From assembly GCA_030641505.1 (NCBI GenBank), contig DAOWHI010000052.1:1-25854 (forward strand): DNA of 25,854 nucleotides, in the 5' to 3' direction. Source of the DNA: Gemmatimonadota bacterium. GTDB taxonomy: Bacteria > Gemmatimonadota > Gemmatimonadetes > JACCXV01 > JAHWKZ01. The notes beneath the pieces are model-generated. The model did not search any database. It had not been told where the DNA came from and saw nothing but the letters and a program-made list of their open reading frames with translations. The position numbers and the translations under genes were made by a program. Positions 16,592 through 25,380 of this stretch are shown piece after piece (position 1 is the stretch's first letter; the number at the start of each line of letters is the position of its first letter).

Positions 16592-16593
16592 GC

Positions 16594-18033
16594 ATGCTCA
16601 CCGATCGCGTGCTCGCGGGCCTCGCGGAGACGACGTCGCCGGCTCGCGTGTTGACCGCGCGCGAAGACCTCCTCACGTACGCCTCGGACGCCACCGCCCT
16701 CCATCGGTGCGTGCCCGAAGCCGTCGTTATTCCCCGTGACACAGAACAGGTGACTCGCATCGTCAAGCTGGCCAACGAGGAGGGGTTCGCGCTCGTGCCT
16801 CGCGGAGCCGGAACCGGATTGTCGGCCGGCGCGGTACCAACCATTGATAGCGTGGTGATGCTGTTTCCATCGTGGAACCGGATCGTCGAAATCGACCCGG
16901 TGAACCACACGGCATGGGTCGAGCCCGGGGTGATCACCGCCGATCTCCATGCCGCTGTCGAACCGTACGGCCTGTTCTATCCACCCGATCCGGGTTCGAT
17001 GCGGATCTGCACGCTGGGCGGAAACGTGGCCGAGAACGCCGGCGGGCTCCGCGGCCTCAAGTACGGAGTCACAAAGGACTACGTCATGGGCCTCGAAGCG
17101 GTTTTGCCGACCGGCGAGTTCCTGACGCTCGGCGGCAAGTCGTTCAAAGACGTGGCTGGATACAACCTGCTGGATCTGTTGGTCGGCAGCGAGGGCACGC
17201 TAGCGGTCTTCACGCGGATCCTCGTCAGGTTGGTCGCCAGACCTCAGTCGACGCGCACAATCCTCGCGTCGTTTGACTCGGTCGGTGCGGCGGGTCACAC
17301 GGTCACCGCAATCTTGGCTACCGGGATCGTGCCAGCGACGCTCGAGTTCCTCGACCAGGTCACGATCCGCGCCGTCGAATCGTTTGCCGGGCTCGGGCTC
17401 CCCGCCGATCTGGCGGCGCTGCTGTTGATCGAGGTTGATGGGCGAGCGCATGCCGTAGCAGAGGACGCCGACGCCGTCGATCGAATCTGCCGGCAACATG
17501 GCGCACGTGAGGTGCGCACGGCCGCCAATGCAGAAGAAGCGGAAGACCTGCGCGCCGCGCGGCGAGCGTCGTTCACCGCTCTTGCCCAGATCGGTCCGAC
17601 CACGATTCTCGAGGACGTCGCCGTGCCGCGCAGCGCGGTGGCATCGATGCTCGTTCGCATCCAAGAGATCGCCGCCGAGCACCAGGTTCAGATCGGTGTG
17701 TTCGGACACGCCGGCGACGGCAACTTGCACCCGACTTGCATCACAGATGCCCGCGACGCCGAGGCGATCGTGCGTACCGAGGCCGCGCTAGAGGAGATCT
17801 TCGACGCCGCCGTCACGTTAGGGGGAACAATCACAGGTGAGCACGGCGTCGGGCTCGCAAAGCGCCAGTTCCTGGAACGCCACACAGGCGACCCGGCGCT
17901 TCGTTTCATGCGTCAGATCAAGGCCGTTCTCGACCCGAACCAGGTGCTAAACCCCGGCAAAGTGCTGGGGCACTCGGCGCGTTGCGAGCACCCGCCGCAC
18001 GGTCACCCGGCCTACGAGGAGGCGCTCGCCTGA
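16594..18033 (+). CDS. glcD: FAD-linked oxidase, glycolate oxidase / D-lactate dehydrogenase subunit GlcD
   Basis: PRGAGTGLSAGA, FYPPDPGS, GGNVAENAGG.RGLKYGVT, FGHAGDGNLHP, TGEHGVG, LNPGK; start re-called at ATG 16594. Confidence 0.9.
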   Translation: MLTDRVLAGLAETTSPARVLTAREDLLTYASDATALHRCVPEAVVIPRDTEQVTRIVKLANEEGFALVPRGAGTGLSAGAVPTIDSVVMLFPSWNRIVEIDPVNHTAWVEPGVITADLHAAVEPYGLFYPPDPGSMRICTLGGNVAENAGGLRGLKYGVTKDYVMGLEAVLPTGEFLTLGGKSFKDVAGYNLLDLLVGSEGTLAVFTRILVRLVARPQSTRTILASFDSVGAAGHTVTAILATGIVPATLEFLDQVTIRAVESFAGLGLPADLAALLLIEVDGRAHAVAEDADAVDRICRQHGAREVRTAANAEEAEDLRAARRASFTALAQIGPTTILEDVAVPRSAVASMLVRIQEIAAEHQVQIGVFGHAGDGNLHPTCITDARDAEAIVRTEAALEEIFDAAVTLGGTITGEHGVGLAKRQFLERHTGDPALRFMRQIKAVLDPNQVLNPGKVLGHSARCEHPPHGHPAYEEALA

Positions 18034-19409
18034 AGGCGGATCTCGCGCCGCCGGACCCCGTCTTTCATCCGGACAGCGATCTGCTGACGGCCTGCATACA
18101 GTGTGGGCTCTGCTTGCCGTCGTGTCCCACGTTTGCAATGACCCCGCGCGAGCGGGCCGGTCCTCGCGGCCGAATCACGCTCATGCGGGCGGCCGCGAGC
18201 GGTGAGATCGAGGTCGGTTACCCCCCGTTTACCGAGGCCATGTACTACTGCCTCGGATGCCGAGCCTGCGAGACCGCGTGCCCGGCCGGGGTCGAGTTCG
18301 GACGGTTGCTCGAAGCGGCCCGAGCAGCAATCGACAACAGCAACGGGCGCGAAACGTGGCGCCCTGAACCCGCCCAGAGTTGGCTCCTAAACCGGATCGT
18401 CGCCCACCCCGCACGGCTCCGGTGGACCGCACGCTCGGTACGGTTGTATCAGCGCGTGCTCAGGAAGCGCACTCGTTGCAAGCGGTGGATCGCCAACCGA
18501 TTCCCAGACCTCGAGCCACTCGAACCGCTGGCACCCGAAACCCCGCGTCAACGCCGCCGGTGGCGGCCACCCGCCGCGCTTGGGCCATCAGATGTCGTGA
18601 CCAACGGCGATACGCCGTCTGTGCGTGGGACGTTGGCGCTTCACCCCGGTTGTGTGCAATCGGTGTTTTTGCCCGACGTCAACGCCGACACCGCGCAGGT
18701 CTTGGCCTACAACGCTTGGCAGGTAGTGGTGCCCAAACAGTTTCGGTGCTGCGGCGCGCTCCACGCTCACTATGGCCAACCGGATGTCGCTCGTTCGTTG
18801 GCGCGGAAAAACATCGCCGCGTTTGAGGCATCGAACGCAGACCAATTGATCTCCAACGCCGCCGGGTGCGGCGCCCACATGAAGGCGTACGGTCAACTCT
18901 TGAATGGAGATCCCGCCTGGGCGGAACGCGCAGCGAAGGTTGGCGCCGCGGTCGTCGATGTCACCGAGCATCTCGTCGATCGCGGGGTGCGCCGGCCGCG
19001 TCGTCCGATCGGCCTGAGAGCGACGTATCACGACGCGTGTCATCTGATCCACGGCCAGCGGGTGGCCAAGGCTCCACGGTTGCTCCTAGGCTCGATCCCC
19101 GGGCTCGACCTGGCGCCGCTTCCCGAGTCGACGTGGTGCTGCGGGTCTGCCGGCTTATACAGCGTGACCCACCCAGAAGCGGCGGCGAAGCTTCAGCAGA
19201 GGAAGGTCGGCCACATTTTGGCCACGGGTGCCGAGCTCGTTGTGACCGGCAATCCCGGCTGCACGTTTCAGATCGCGGCCGGGCTGCGCGCTGCCGGGTC
19301 ATCGGTCAGGGTGGTCCACCCGGCGACCGTGCTGCGCATCGCCTACGAGCTACCGCCGCTATTGCCGAGGCGGCGTTGGCGTCCTACTCCGTTCCGTCGG
19401 CCGGCGTAA
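18030..19409 (+). CDS. glcF: Glycolate oxidase iron-sulfur subunit GlcF
   Basis: Two [4Fe-4S] motifs (CIQCGLCLPSCP; CLGCRACETACP) and two CCG domains (CCGALH; CCGSAG, NPGC). CTG at 18030 follows GAGGAGG by 7 nt and overlaps the glcD TGA. Confidence 0.9.
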   Translation: MKADLAPPDPVFHPDSDLLTACIQCGLCLPSCPTFAMTPRERAGPRGRITLMRAAASGEIEVGYPPFTEAMYYCLGCRACETACPAGVEFGRLLEAARAAIDNSNGRETWRPEPAQSWLLNRIVAHPARLRWTARSVRLYQRVLRKRTRCKRWIANRFPDLEPLEPLAPETPRQRRRWRPPAALGPSDVVTNGDTPSVRGTLALHPGCVQSVFLPDVNADTAQVLAYNAWQVVVPKQFRCCGALHAHYGQPDVARSLARKNIAAFEASNADQLISNAAGCGAHMKAYGQLLNGDPAWAERAAKVGAAVVDVTEHLVDRGVRRPRRPIGLRATYHDACHLIHGQRVAKAPRLLLGSIPGLDLAPLPESTWCCGSAGLYSVTHPEAAAKLQQRKVGHILATGAELVVTGNPGCTFQIAAGLRAAGSSVRVVHPATVLRIAYELPPLLPRRRWRPTPFRRPA

Positions 19410-19995
19410 CCCTCCGCCCGGTCAGCTCCATCGACTGGTACTCGGTACCGTCTTCGGCTACCGAGTACATCTCGAAAACAACCGTGTCGGGCTCCGTCCA
19501 GTGCGTAACGGACCGCACAGGGACGTCATCCCGACCGGCCATGAAATCGTCGGCAGTAGCTGTCATCGTCACCGAGTTGGTCGCCGGATCGTGGATGCCG
19601 CGCGAGACCATCGACGCCGTGGACATGTTGTCCATCCAGATCGAGACATACTCCTCGCGATAGTTGTCGTACCCGTCGAGTCCAATGCCGTGAAATGGCT
19701 GCCCCATCATCGAGCCCCTGTGCTCCGACCGCAGCCAGCGACCGCCCAAGATCCACTCGGCGGTCATCGAAGCCTCCATCGTGACCGGCGGCGCTTCGGG
19801 CGCAAACCACATCACGACCGTCTCTTCCCACGTACCGATCATCGGCTCCATCAACTTGTGGCCCTCACCGGGCATCGCATACTTGTCGAACATCGCAATC
19901 TGTTCGGCGCTCATCTCCTGTCCGACCGCGGCACCAGAGACAATCAACACCCCCAGCAACCCAGCAACGACGCTAAGCCGTTGTTTGCGTTTCAA
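19384..19995 (-). CDS. DUF1579 family exported protein
   Basis: P.EGHKLM..M.G.W, WILGGRWL, MGQPFHGIG..GYDN....YVSIWMDNMST; signal peptide; TTG 19995 has AAGGAGA 6 nt upstream (alternative GTG 20034). Confidence 0.85.
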   Translation of the reverse strand: MKRKQRLSVVAGLLGVLIVSGAAVGQEMSAEQIAMFDKYAMPGEGHKLMEPMIGTWEETVVMWFAPEAPPVTMEASMTAEWILGGRWLRSEHRGSMMGQPFHGIGLDGYDNYREEYVSIWMDNMSTASMVSRGIHDPATNSVTMTATADDFMAGRDDVPVRSVTHWTEPDTVVFEMYSVAEDGTEYQSMELTGRRVTPADGTE

Positions 19996-20030
19996 CGTCA
20001 GTCTCCTTTCTACTCGCTGGTCATCGTTTG

Positions 20031-21047
20031 TCACCGCTCCCCTACGTCATACTCGACCGCATCGCTCCGTTGGAACACGAGATCGACCACGCGGGCGTGT
20101 TCGTCACCGCCGGGTGCCGACCCAGTCATGATGTAGACCTTCTGTGAATCTGGGTACTCGGCAACTTCGGGCTCCTCCATCGTCGAGAGCGCGAAGATCT
20201 CGAGCGGTCCGTCACCCGTGTTCTTGAAGGCGTGCGCCCCGTCGGACCCGGTCGGGCAGAGAATCACGTCGCCGGGTTGGATGTCCCGGGCGCCGGTCAC
20301 GGTACGCAACTCGCCATGACCCGATCGAACCCAGAAAAACTCTTCGTTTACGTGATGAAAGTGAAACGGCCACATCCGATCACCGGCGGACAAGCGATAC
20401 AAGCTGTAGCCCAGCAGGCCCGCGCCGACTGACCGGCCGAGCCGCTTCCGGTCACCGCGAAACGGTCCAGCCTCATACGCCTCCCACGGCGTGGCGCCGA
20501 TCGATACGATGTGAGTGTGCGGTGTCTGCGCGGGAACCGTTTCCGGGAGTTGTTCGTCGACCGGTTCACCTTCGAAGTAATTCTCGACCACCCGACCGTC
20601 GCGAACCAACAGCTTGGTCTTCGACGGCTCCGCGGCCAGTTGCTCGACCCAATACATACGTTTCCCCGAATCTGGGTAGACAACCACGTCTCGGTTGAAA
20701 AGCGTCGAAGCCATCAGGAGATTGGCGGGCCGATCGGTGCGGTTCAGAAGCTGATGTGCACCTTCACTACCGGGCGGTAACGCGACGAGGTCACCGGCTT
20801 TCAGCTGGTACTCTTCGTCGTCGAACCGGATCGATGGTTCACCTCCAAGCACGACAATGATCTCCTCGTTGACCAAGTGGTAGTGGTAGGGCACGTTCGC
20901 CTTGCCCGGAGGCAAGACCCACATTCCACAGCCGAGCTTCCTCCCGCCGAGCGGCCGGGAAACATCACCCCACTCGGCCCCGAAACGAACACCGGTTTTC
21001 CATTCTTGGAGCGAAAGCTCGGTCAGGTTGGCTACGCCTACGGCCAT
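20031..21047 (-). CDS. Tandem (bi-)cupin protein, COG3837-like
   Basis: Two complete repeats: YHYHLVNEE...GAHQL...YPDSGK and FHFHHVNEE...GAHAF...YPDSQK; SD-like AAGG upstream. Confidence 0.88.
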   Translation of the reverse strand: MAVGVANLTELSLQEWKTGVRFGAEWGDVSRPLGGRKLGCGMWVLPPGKANVPYHYHLVNEEIIVVLGGEPSIRFDDEEYQLKAGDLVALPPGSEGAHQLLNRTDRPANLLMASTLFNRDVVVYPDSGKRMYWVEQLAAEPSKTKLLVRDGRVVENYFEGEPVDEQLPETVPAQTPHTHIVSIGATPWEAYEAGPFRGDRKRLGRSVGAGLLGYSLYRLSAGDRMWPFHFHHVNEEFFWVRSGHGELRTVTGARDIQPGDVILCPTGSDGAHAFKNTGDGPLEIFALSTMEEPEVAEYPDSQKVYIMTGSAPGGDEHARVVDLVFQRSDAVEYDVGER

Positions 21048-21067
21048 CGGATACCTTGGGTCTTCGC

Positions 21068-21298
21068 ATGCCTGATCAAACCGAGATCGAACGCGCGATC
21101 GATGCCGTTTTTGTCGCCGACGAGTTGCAGGAGGCTGGCTTGCGTCAGCGCCGTGCGCTCAAGCTCCTCGACCAGGGTGTCTGGGAAGGCACGGTGACGC
21201 CATTCTTTCAGGCGCGAGCGGAGCAACGAATCAACAGTCACATTCGAATGCTCTGGGACGCTGCCACAGTGGAGCGATTGACCAACCCCACCGAGTAG
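21068..21298 (+). CDS. Small hypothetical protein (76 aa)
   Basis: MPDQTEIERAIDAVFVADELQEAG...; GC-biased third positions and G-rich first positions; its TAG abuts the amidohydrolase stop with a 0-nt gap. Confidence 0.55.
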   Translation: MPDQTEIERAIDAVFVADELQEAGLRQRRALKLLDQGVWEGTVTPFFQARAEQRINSHIRMLWDAATVERLTNPTE

Positions 21299-23050
21299 TT
21301 ACTGCCCTGCGCTCCACGGCGCCTCGTAAACGATTTCGCCTCCAACCACCGTACGCAGCACTTCCACGCGCCAGATGTCGTCTTCGGGGACGAGCATGAA
21401 GTCGCGATCGAGCAACAAATAGTCGGCCCACTTGCCCGGAGAGAGACTCCCAACTTCGGTTTCCATCCCGGCCGCGTAGGCGGCATCGCGTGTAAAACAG
21501 GCCAATGCCTCCTCGCGGGTCATGCGCTCCTCCGGATACCAGCCGCCCTCGGGCCAGCCCTCTCGGTCCTGTCGGGTGACTGCGGCGTAGAGCCCGTAGA
21601 ACGGGTTGGCACTTTCGACCGGAAAGTCGCTCCCGCAGGCGATGTGGACCTCGGCGCGGCGCAGCTTTCGCCACGCGTAGGCGCCTTCGATTCGATCCGG
21701 CCCCACCCGATCCTCGGCCCAGTACATGTCGCTGGTCGCATGCGTGGGTTGTATCGAAGCGATCACGCCGAGCTCGACGAACCGGTCGATGTCATCGAGC
21801 GCGACGACCTGGGCGTGCTCGATGCGAGGGCGTTTCCACGTCAAATCGACGTCTCCATGATCGGGCGAATGAACATCGAACGCCGCCTTGATTGCAGCCA
21901 GGGCGACGCGATTGCCACGATCGCCAATCGCGTGAACGGTGGGCTGGAGGCCGAGACCGACCACCCGCGTCATCTCGGCCGCCAACGCGTCGGGCGGCGT
22001 AACCAGTAGGCCCTCGTTGTCGGGATCGTCGCTGTAGGGTGCGAGCAGAGCCGCGCCGCGACTGCCGAGGGCGCCATCTGCATAAAGCTTCACGCCCGCA
22101 ACCCTGAAGTGTGGACCCGCAAAAGCGGCCGACCCGCCGCGCTCGTCCAGCCAGTCGAGGATCCCCTCGTCGTCGCTGTCCAGGTACACTACGATGCGCG
22201 GCTTGAGCTTCCCAGCTCTAGCCCACGCATGGTATGTCTCGACGTTCTCGCGACCGTCGCCCATCGTGTGCACGCCGGTAACACCGACTGAGAGCAGGTG
22301 AGTTTGTGCCGCCTCGAGGCGTGCCGCGTACTCGACGTCATCGGGCTTGGGGATCTCGCCTCCGACCAAGACCATCGCGTTATCGACGAGCACTCCTGTC
22401 GGTTCGCCGTCGTTGTCGCGCAGGATCTTGCCACCGTCCGGATCGGGTGTCTCAGCCGAGACGCCTGCCAGCTCGAGCGCCCGCGTGTTGACCCACGCCG
22501 CATGGCCATCGACACGCGTCAGATAAACGGGTTGGTTCAGATGATCCCGAGCGACCGTGTCGAGCAACTCACGCGTCGGAAACTCCTGCACGGGCCAATC
22601 GTTCTGATCCCATCCTCTTCCGAGGATCCACTCATCTGCGGCACGAGTCCCGGAGGTGGCGTGCACCATCTCTGCGATCTCCTCGGCGCTCGACGTCCCC
22701 CGGAAATCCAGCGTTCGCAGCGCCAACCCCAATCCGATCATGTGCGCGTGCGCGTCGATGAGTCCCGGTACGACCACGCGGCCGCCGAGATCTTCGACCA
22801 CCGTCTCCGGCCCCCTAAAACCGGCCACGATCTCGTCGGCCGTCCCAACCGCCACGATCCGTCCGACGGCAATCGCCATCGCCTCGGCCCGTGCGACTTC
22901 GGGGTCCATGGTGTAGATGACGCCGTTGGTCATGATCTGATCGGCTGGCTCTTGAGCCTTCGCGGTGAACCCCATCGGCGTAGCGACACAAATCGCCAGC
23001 GCCCAAGCCAGCAGCCAGATACGATGAGAGCGACAGATTGGAACGTGCAT
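21299..23050 (-). CDS. Amidohydrolase-3 family protein (YtcJ-like), exported
   Basis: Signal peptide; PGLIDAHAH, DGHAAWVNT.AL, K.YADGALGSRGAAL, HAIGDRGN, RIEHAQ, QPTHATSD, GSDFPV, VGSLSPGKWAD. Confidence 0.95.
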   Translation of the reverse strand: MHVPICRSHRIWLLAWALAICVATPMGFTAKAQEPADQIMTNGVIYTMDPEVARAEAMAIAVGRIVAVGTADEIVAGFRGPETVVEDLGGRVVVPGLIDAHAHMIGLGLALRTLDFRGTSSAEEIAEMVHATSGTRAADEWILGRGWDQNDWPVQEFPTRELLDTVARDHLNQPVYLTRVDGHAAWVNTRALELAGVSAETPDPDGGKILRDNDGEPTGVLVDNAMVLVGGEIPKPDDVEYAARLEAAQTHLLSVGVTGVHTMGDGRENVETYHAWARAGKLKPRIVVYLDSDDEGILDWLDERGGSAAFAGPHFRVAGVKLYADGALGSRGAALLAPYSDDPDNEGLLVTPPDALAAEMTRVVGLGLQPTVHAIGDRGNRVALAAIKAAFDVHSPDHGDVDLTWKRPRIEHAQVVALDDIDRFVELGVIASIQPTHATSDMYWAEDRVGPDRIEGAYAWRKLRRAEVHIACGSDFPVESANPFYGLYAAVTRQDREGWPEGGWYPEERMTREEALACFTRDAAYAAGMETEVGSLSPGKWADYLLLDRDFMLVPEDDIWRVEVLRTVVGGEIVYEAPWSAGQ

Positions 23051-23173
23051 CTAGGATCCGGGGTCTTCGAGAATCGTAACGCGCCCGCTGAGTACCAAAC
23101 GCAGGGCACAGCAGATACCTTGGCGCCGCCGTCCATGGCGCGGCCAAGACCAGCGGCGAACTTATGAGGGGTC

Positions 23174-23800
23174 ATGCAGGAGCGCATCCTAGAGTTCATC
23201 GTCCCGTTTCTCGACCAGTATGGCTACCTGACGCTGTTTCTCGTGACGTTCCTAGAGACCAGCGCTTTTCTCGGGCTCATCGCCCCGGGTGAGACGGTGA
23301 TCGTGCTGTCCGGTTTCTATGCGTTTCGGGGCGTGCTCGATCCATGGGCGGTTGGGTTGATCGCCATCGTCGGCGCGTTCGCCGGCGATCAGGTCGGCTA
23401 CTTGCTCGGCCGTACGTATGGTCACCAGGTAATCAGCCGCTTTGGCCGGTACTTCTTCTTCGACGAGAAACGGTTGCGCGCCACCGAGCATTATTATGAT
23501 CACCACGGTGGCAAGACGGTCTTCATCGGTCGCTTCATGTCGATCCTCCGATCGTTCGGCCCGGTGGTCGCCGGTATCAGCCGCATGTCGTACTGGAACT
23601 TTCTGCCGTGGAGTGTGCTGTCGTGTATCGTCTGGGGCACGACGTTTACGTTGGTCGGTTACTTCTTCGGCGCTTCGTGGGACGCGATTGAGCGCTATCT
23701 CGGTTGGGGGGGCGCGGTCGCATTCGTCGTTGGCATCGTGCTCGTCATCTGGCTCCTCCACCGTAAACGCGAGCATCAACTCGAGCAGGAGTATGGGTAG
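23174..23800 (+). CDS. dedA: DedA family membrane protein
   Basis: FLETSAFLGLIAPGE, GDQVGYLLGR, GGKTVFIGRF...R, AG...M....F...S; GAGG SD. Confidence 0.92.
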   Translation: MQERILEFIVPFLDQYGYLTLFLVTFLETSAFLGLIAPGETVIVLSGFYAFRGVLDPWAVGLIAIVGAFAGDQVGYLLGRTYGHQVISRFGRYFFFDEKRLRATEHYYDHHGGKTVFIGRFMSILRSFGPVVAGISRMSYWNFLPWSVLSCIVWGTTFTLVGYFFGASWDAIERYLGWGGAVAFVVGIVLVIWLLHRKREHQLEQEYG

Positions 23801-25379
23801 GACCAGCAACATCGTGCTCACAGTCGGCGTCTTGGCGATGACAGCCTGTGGCGCAGGTGGGCCGCAATCCAGGGTCGTCGACCGTAATGTCCTGCGGCTC
23901 TACCTAGAATCCGACCCGGCGAGCCTGGACCCCATTCAAGCCGTCGACGTCTACCGTGGCCGTATGGTCGTCTACCTGTACGACGGCTTGGTTCAGTATG
24001 CGAACGACGAGGTTCAACCCAACCTGGCGTCGGAGTGGGAGGTCTCAGACGACGGGACCCGCTACCGGTTCACGCTCCGCGACGACGTCTTCTTCCACAA
24101 CGGTCGTCGGCTAACTGCCGCGGATGTCAAGTACTCATTCGAGCGAGTGCTGAGACCGGAGAACACCAGCCCGCTGACGTGGGTGTTCGAGTTTATCGTC
24201 GGCGCCAAGGAGATGATCGACGGCGAAGCCACAGCGCTGACCGGTGTACGCGTAGTCGGGGGCGACCAGATCGAGATCCGGCTGACGCGGCCGTTCGCGC
24301 CGTTTCTCTCATTGCTCGCGATGCCGGCGGCGCACGTCGTACCTCGCGAAGAAGTCGAGAGCAAAGGTGATGGCTTCTCGGAAGCCCCGGTAGGTACTGG
24401 TCCCTGGGTGTTCGAGTCGTGGGCGCACGACGACGTCATTCGATTGACGGCGAACACACGCTACCACGGTGGCCGACCCAAAACCGACGGGATGGAGATC
24501 CGAATCATCCCCGAGACCACCACGGTGATCGCCGAATTCGAGCGCGGCAATCTGGACTGGGCGGATCTGAACGAATTTCCCAGACCGGAGTACGATCGGT
24601 TTGCCACCAACACGAGCTGGGAATCGTACGTTCACACCCGACCCGCGCTGATCACGTACTACCTCGCCCTGAACAACGGCAAGGAGAAGTTCAACGATCC
24701 GAGAGTTCGCCGCGCACTCAACCACGCCATCGACGTCACCGCGATCGCTAACGCGATCTATCCGTCGGAGATGGTTCGGTCGCATGGCCCGATCCCGCCC
24801 GGCCTGCCTGGCTACCGGGAGGCTGGCGAACCGTACGGCTACGACCCTGACCGGGCCAGAAACATGCTGGCCGAGGCCGGCGCAACCGATCTCTCGTTCG
24901 ATGTGTTCTTTCGCACGCTCGCTCTGAACCAGCGATTCCTAGAGGCGGTGCAGGCGAACCTGGCCGAGATCGGGGTCACGATGAACCTCCGCCAGCGCGA
25001 TTGGACCGCTGTTCGTCAAGCGATGGAGAAGGGCGAGCTAGACGCCTACCTCGCGAACTGGTACGCCGACTACCCTGACGCCGAGAACTTTCTCTACCCG
25101 CTCTTTTACAGCAAGATGGCCGGCGCCGGCGGAAACGCCGCGTTTTTCTCGAACATGGTCGTCGATTCGCTAATCCTGACCGCTCGATCGACTCTCGATG
25201 AAGCGCAGCGAGAGTCGATGTACGCCCAGGCCGACTCGGTGATCCAGGCCGAGGCGCCCTGGATCTTCACCGTACACCCGGTGGACGCCGACATCGTCCA
25301 GCCATGGGTCGACGGCTATCAGATTCCGCAGGTATTCTATGGAATTAAGTGGATCGACGTGGGGTTGAGAAACAAATGA
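23793..25379 (+). CDS. Peptide/nickel ABC transporter substrate-binding lipoprotein (DppA/OppA-like)
   Basis: Lipobox MTAC; DPASLDP, LYDGLV, PNLA..WEVSDDG..YRF.LR..V.FHNG..LTA.DVKYSFER, PVGTGPW, DPRVRRALNHAID. Start ATG 23793 overlaps the end of dedA. Confidence 0.93.
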   Translation: MGRTSNIVLTVGVLAMTACGAGGPQSRVVDRNVLRLYLESDPASLDPIQAVDVYRGRMVVYLYDGLVQYANDEVQPNLASEWEVSDDGTRYRFTLRDDVFFHNGRRLTAADVKYSFERVLRPENTSPLTWVFEFIVGAKEMIDGEATALTGVRVVGGDQIEIRLTRPFAPFLSLLAMPAAHVVPREEVESKGDGFSEAPVGTGPWVFESWAHDDVIRLTANTRYHGGRPKTDGMEIRIIPETTTVIAEFERGNLDWADLNEFPRPEYDRFATNTSWESYVHTRPALITYYLALNNGKEKFNDPRVRRALNHAIDVTAIANAIYPSEMVRSHGPIPPGLPGYREAGEPYGYDPDRARNMLAEAGATDLSFDVFFRTLALNQRFLEAVQANLAEIGVTMNLRQRDWTAVRQAMEKGELDAYLANWYADYPDAENFLYPLFYSKMAGAGGNAAFFSNMVVDSLILTARSTLDEAQRESMYAQADSVIQAEAPWIFTVHPVDADIVQPWVDGYQIPQVFYGIKWIDVGLRNK

Positions 25380-25380
25380 A

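Noticed and set aside
17960-18033. Cys/His-rich GlcD tail (RCEHPPHGH) as a novel metal site
   Set aside because: From memory, proteobacterial GlcD has a similar RC...HHGH tail, so it is probably a family trait; an alignment would confirm.
21038-21241. 67-aa minus ORF as the real gene
   Set aside because: In-register antisense of the plus ORF, which has better codon pattern and packing; disfavoured but not fully excluded.
23120-23147. TTGGC-N18-GCCAA as a sigma54 promoter or terminator hairpin
   Set aside because: No -12 GC at sigma54 spacing on either strand; stem imperfect and no U-tract.
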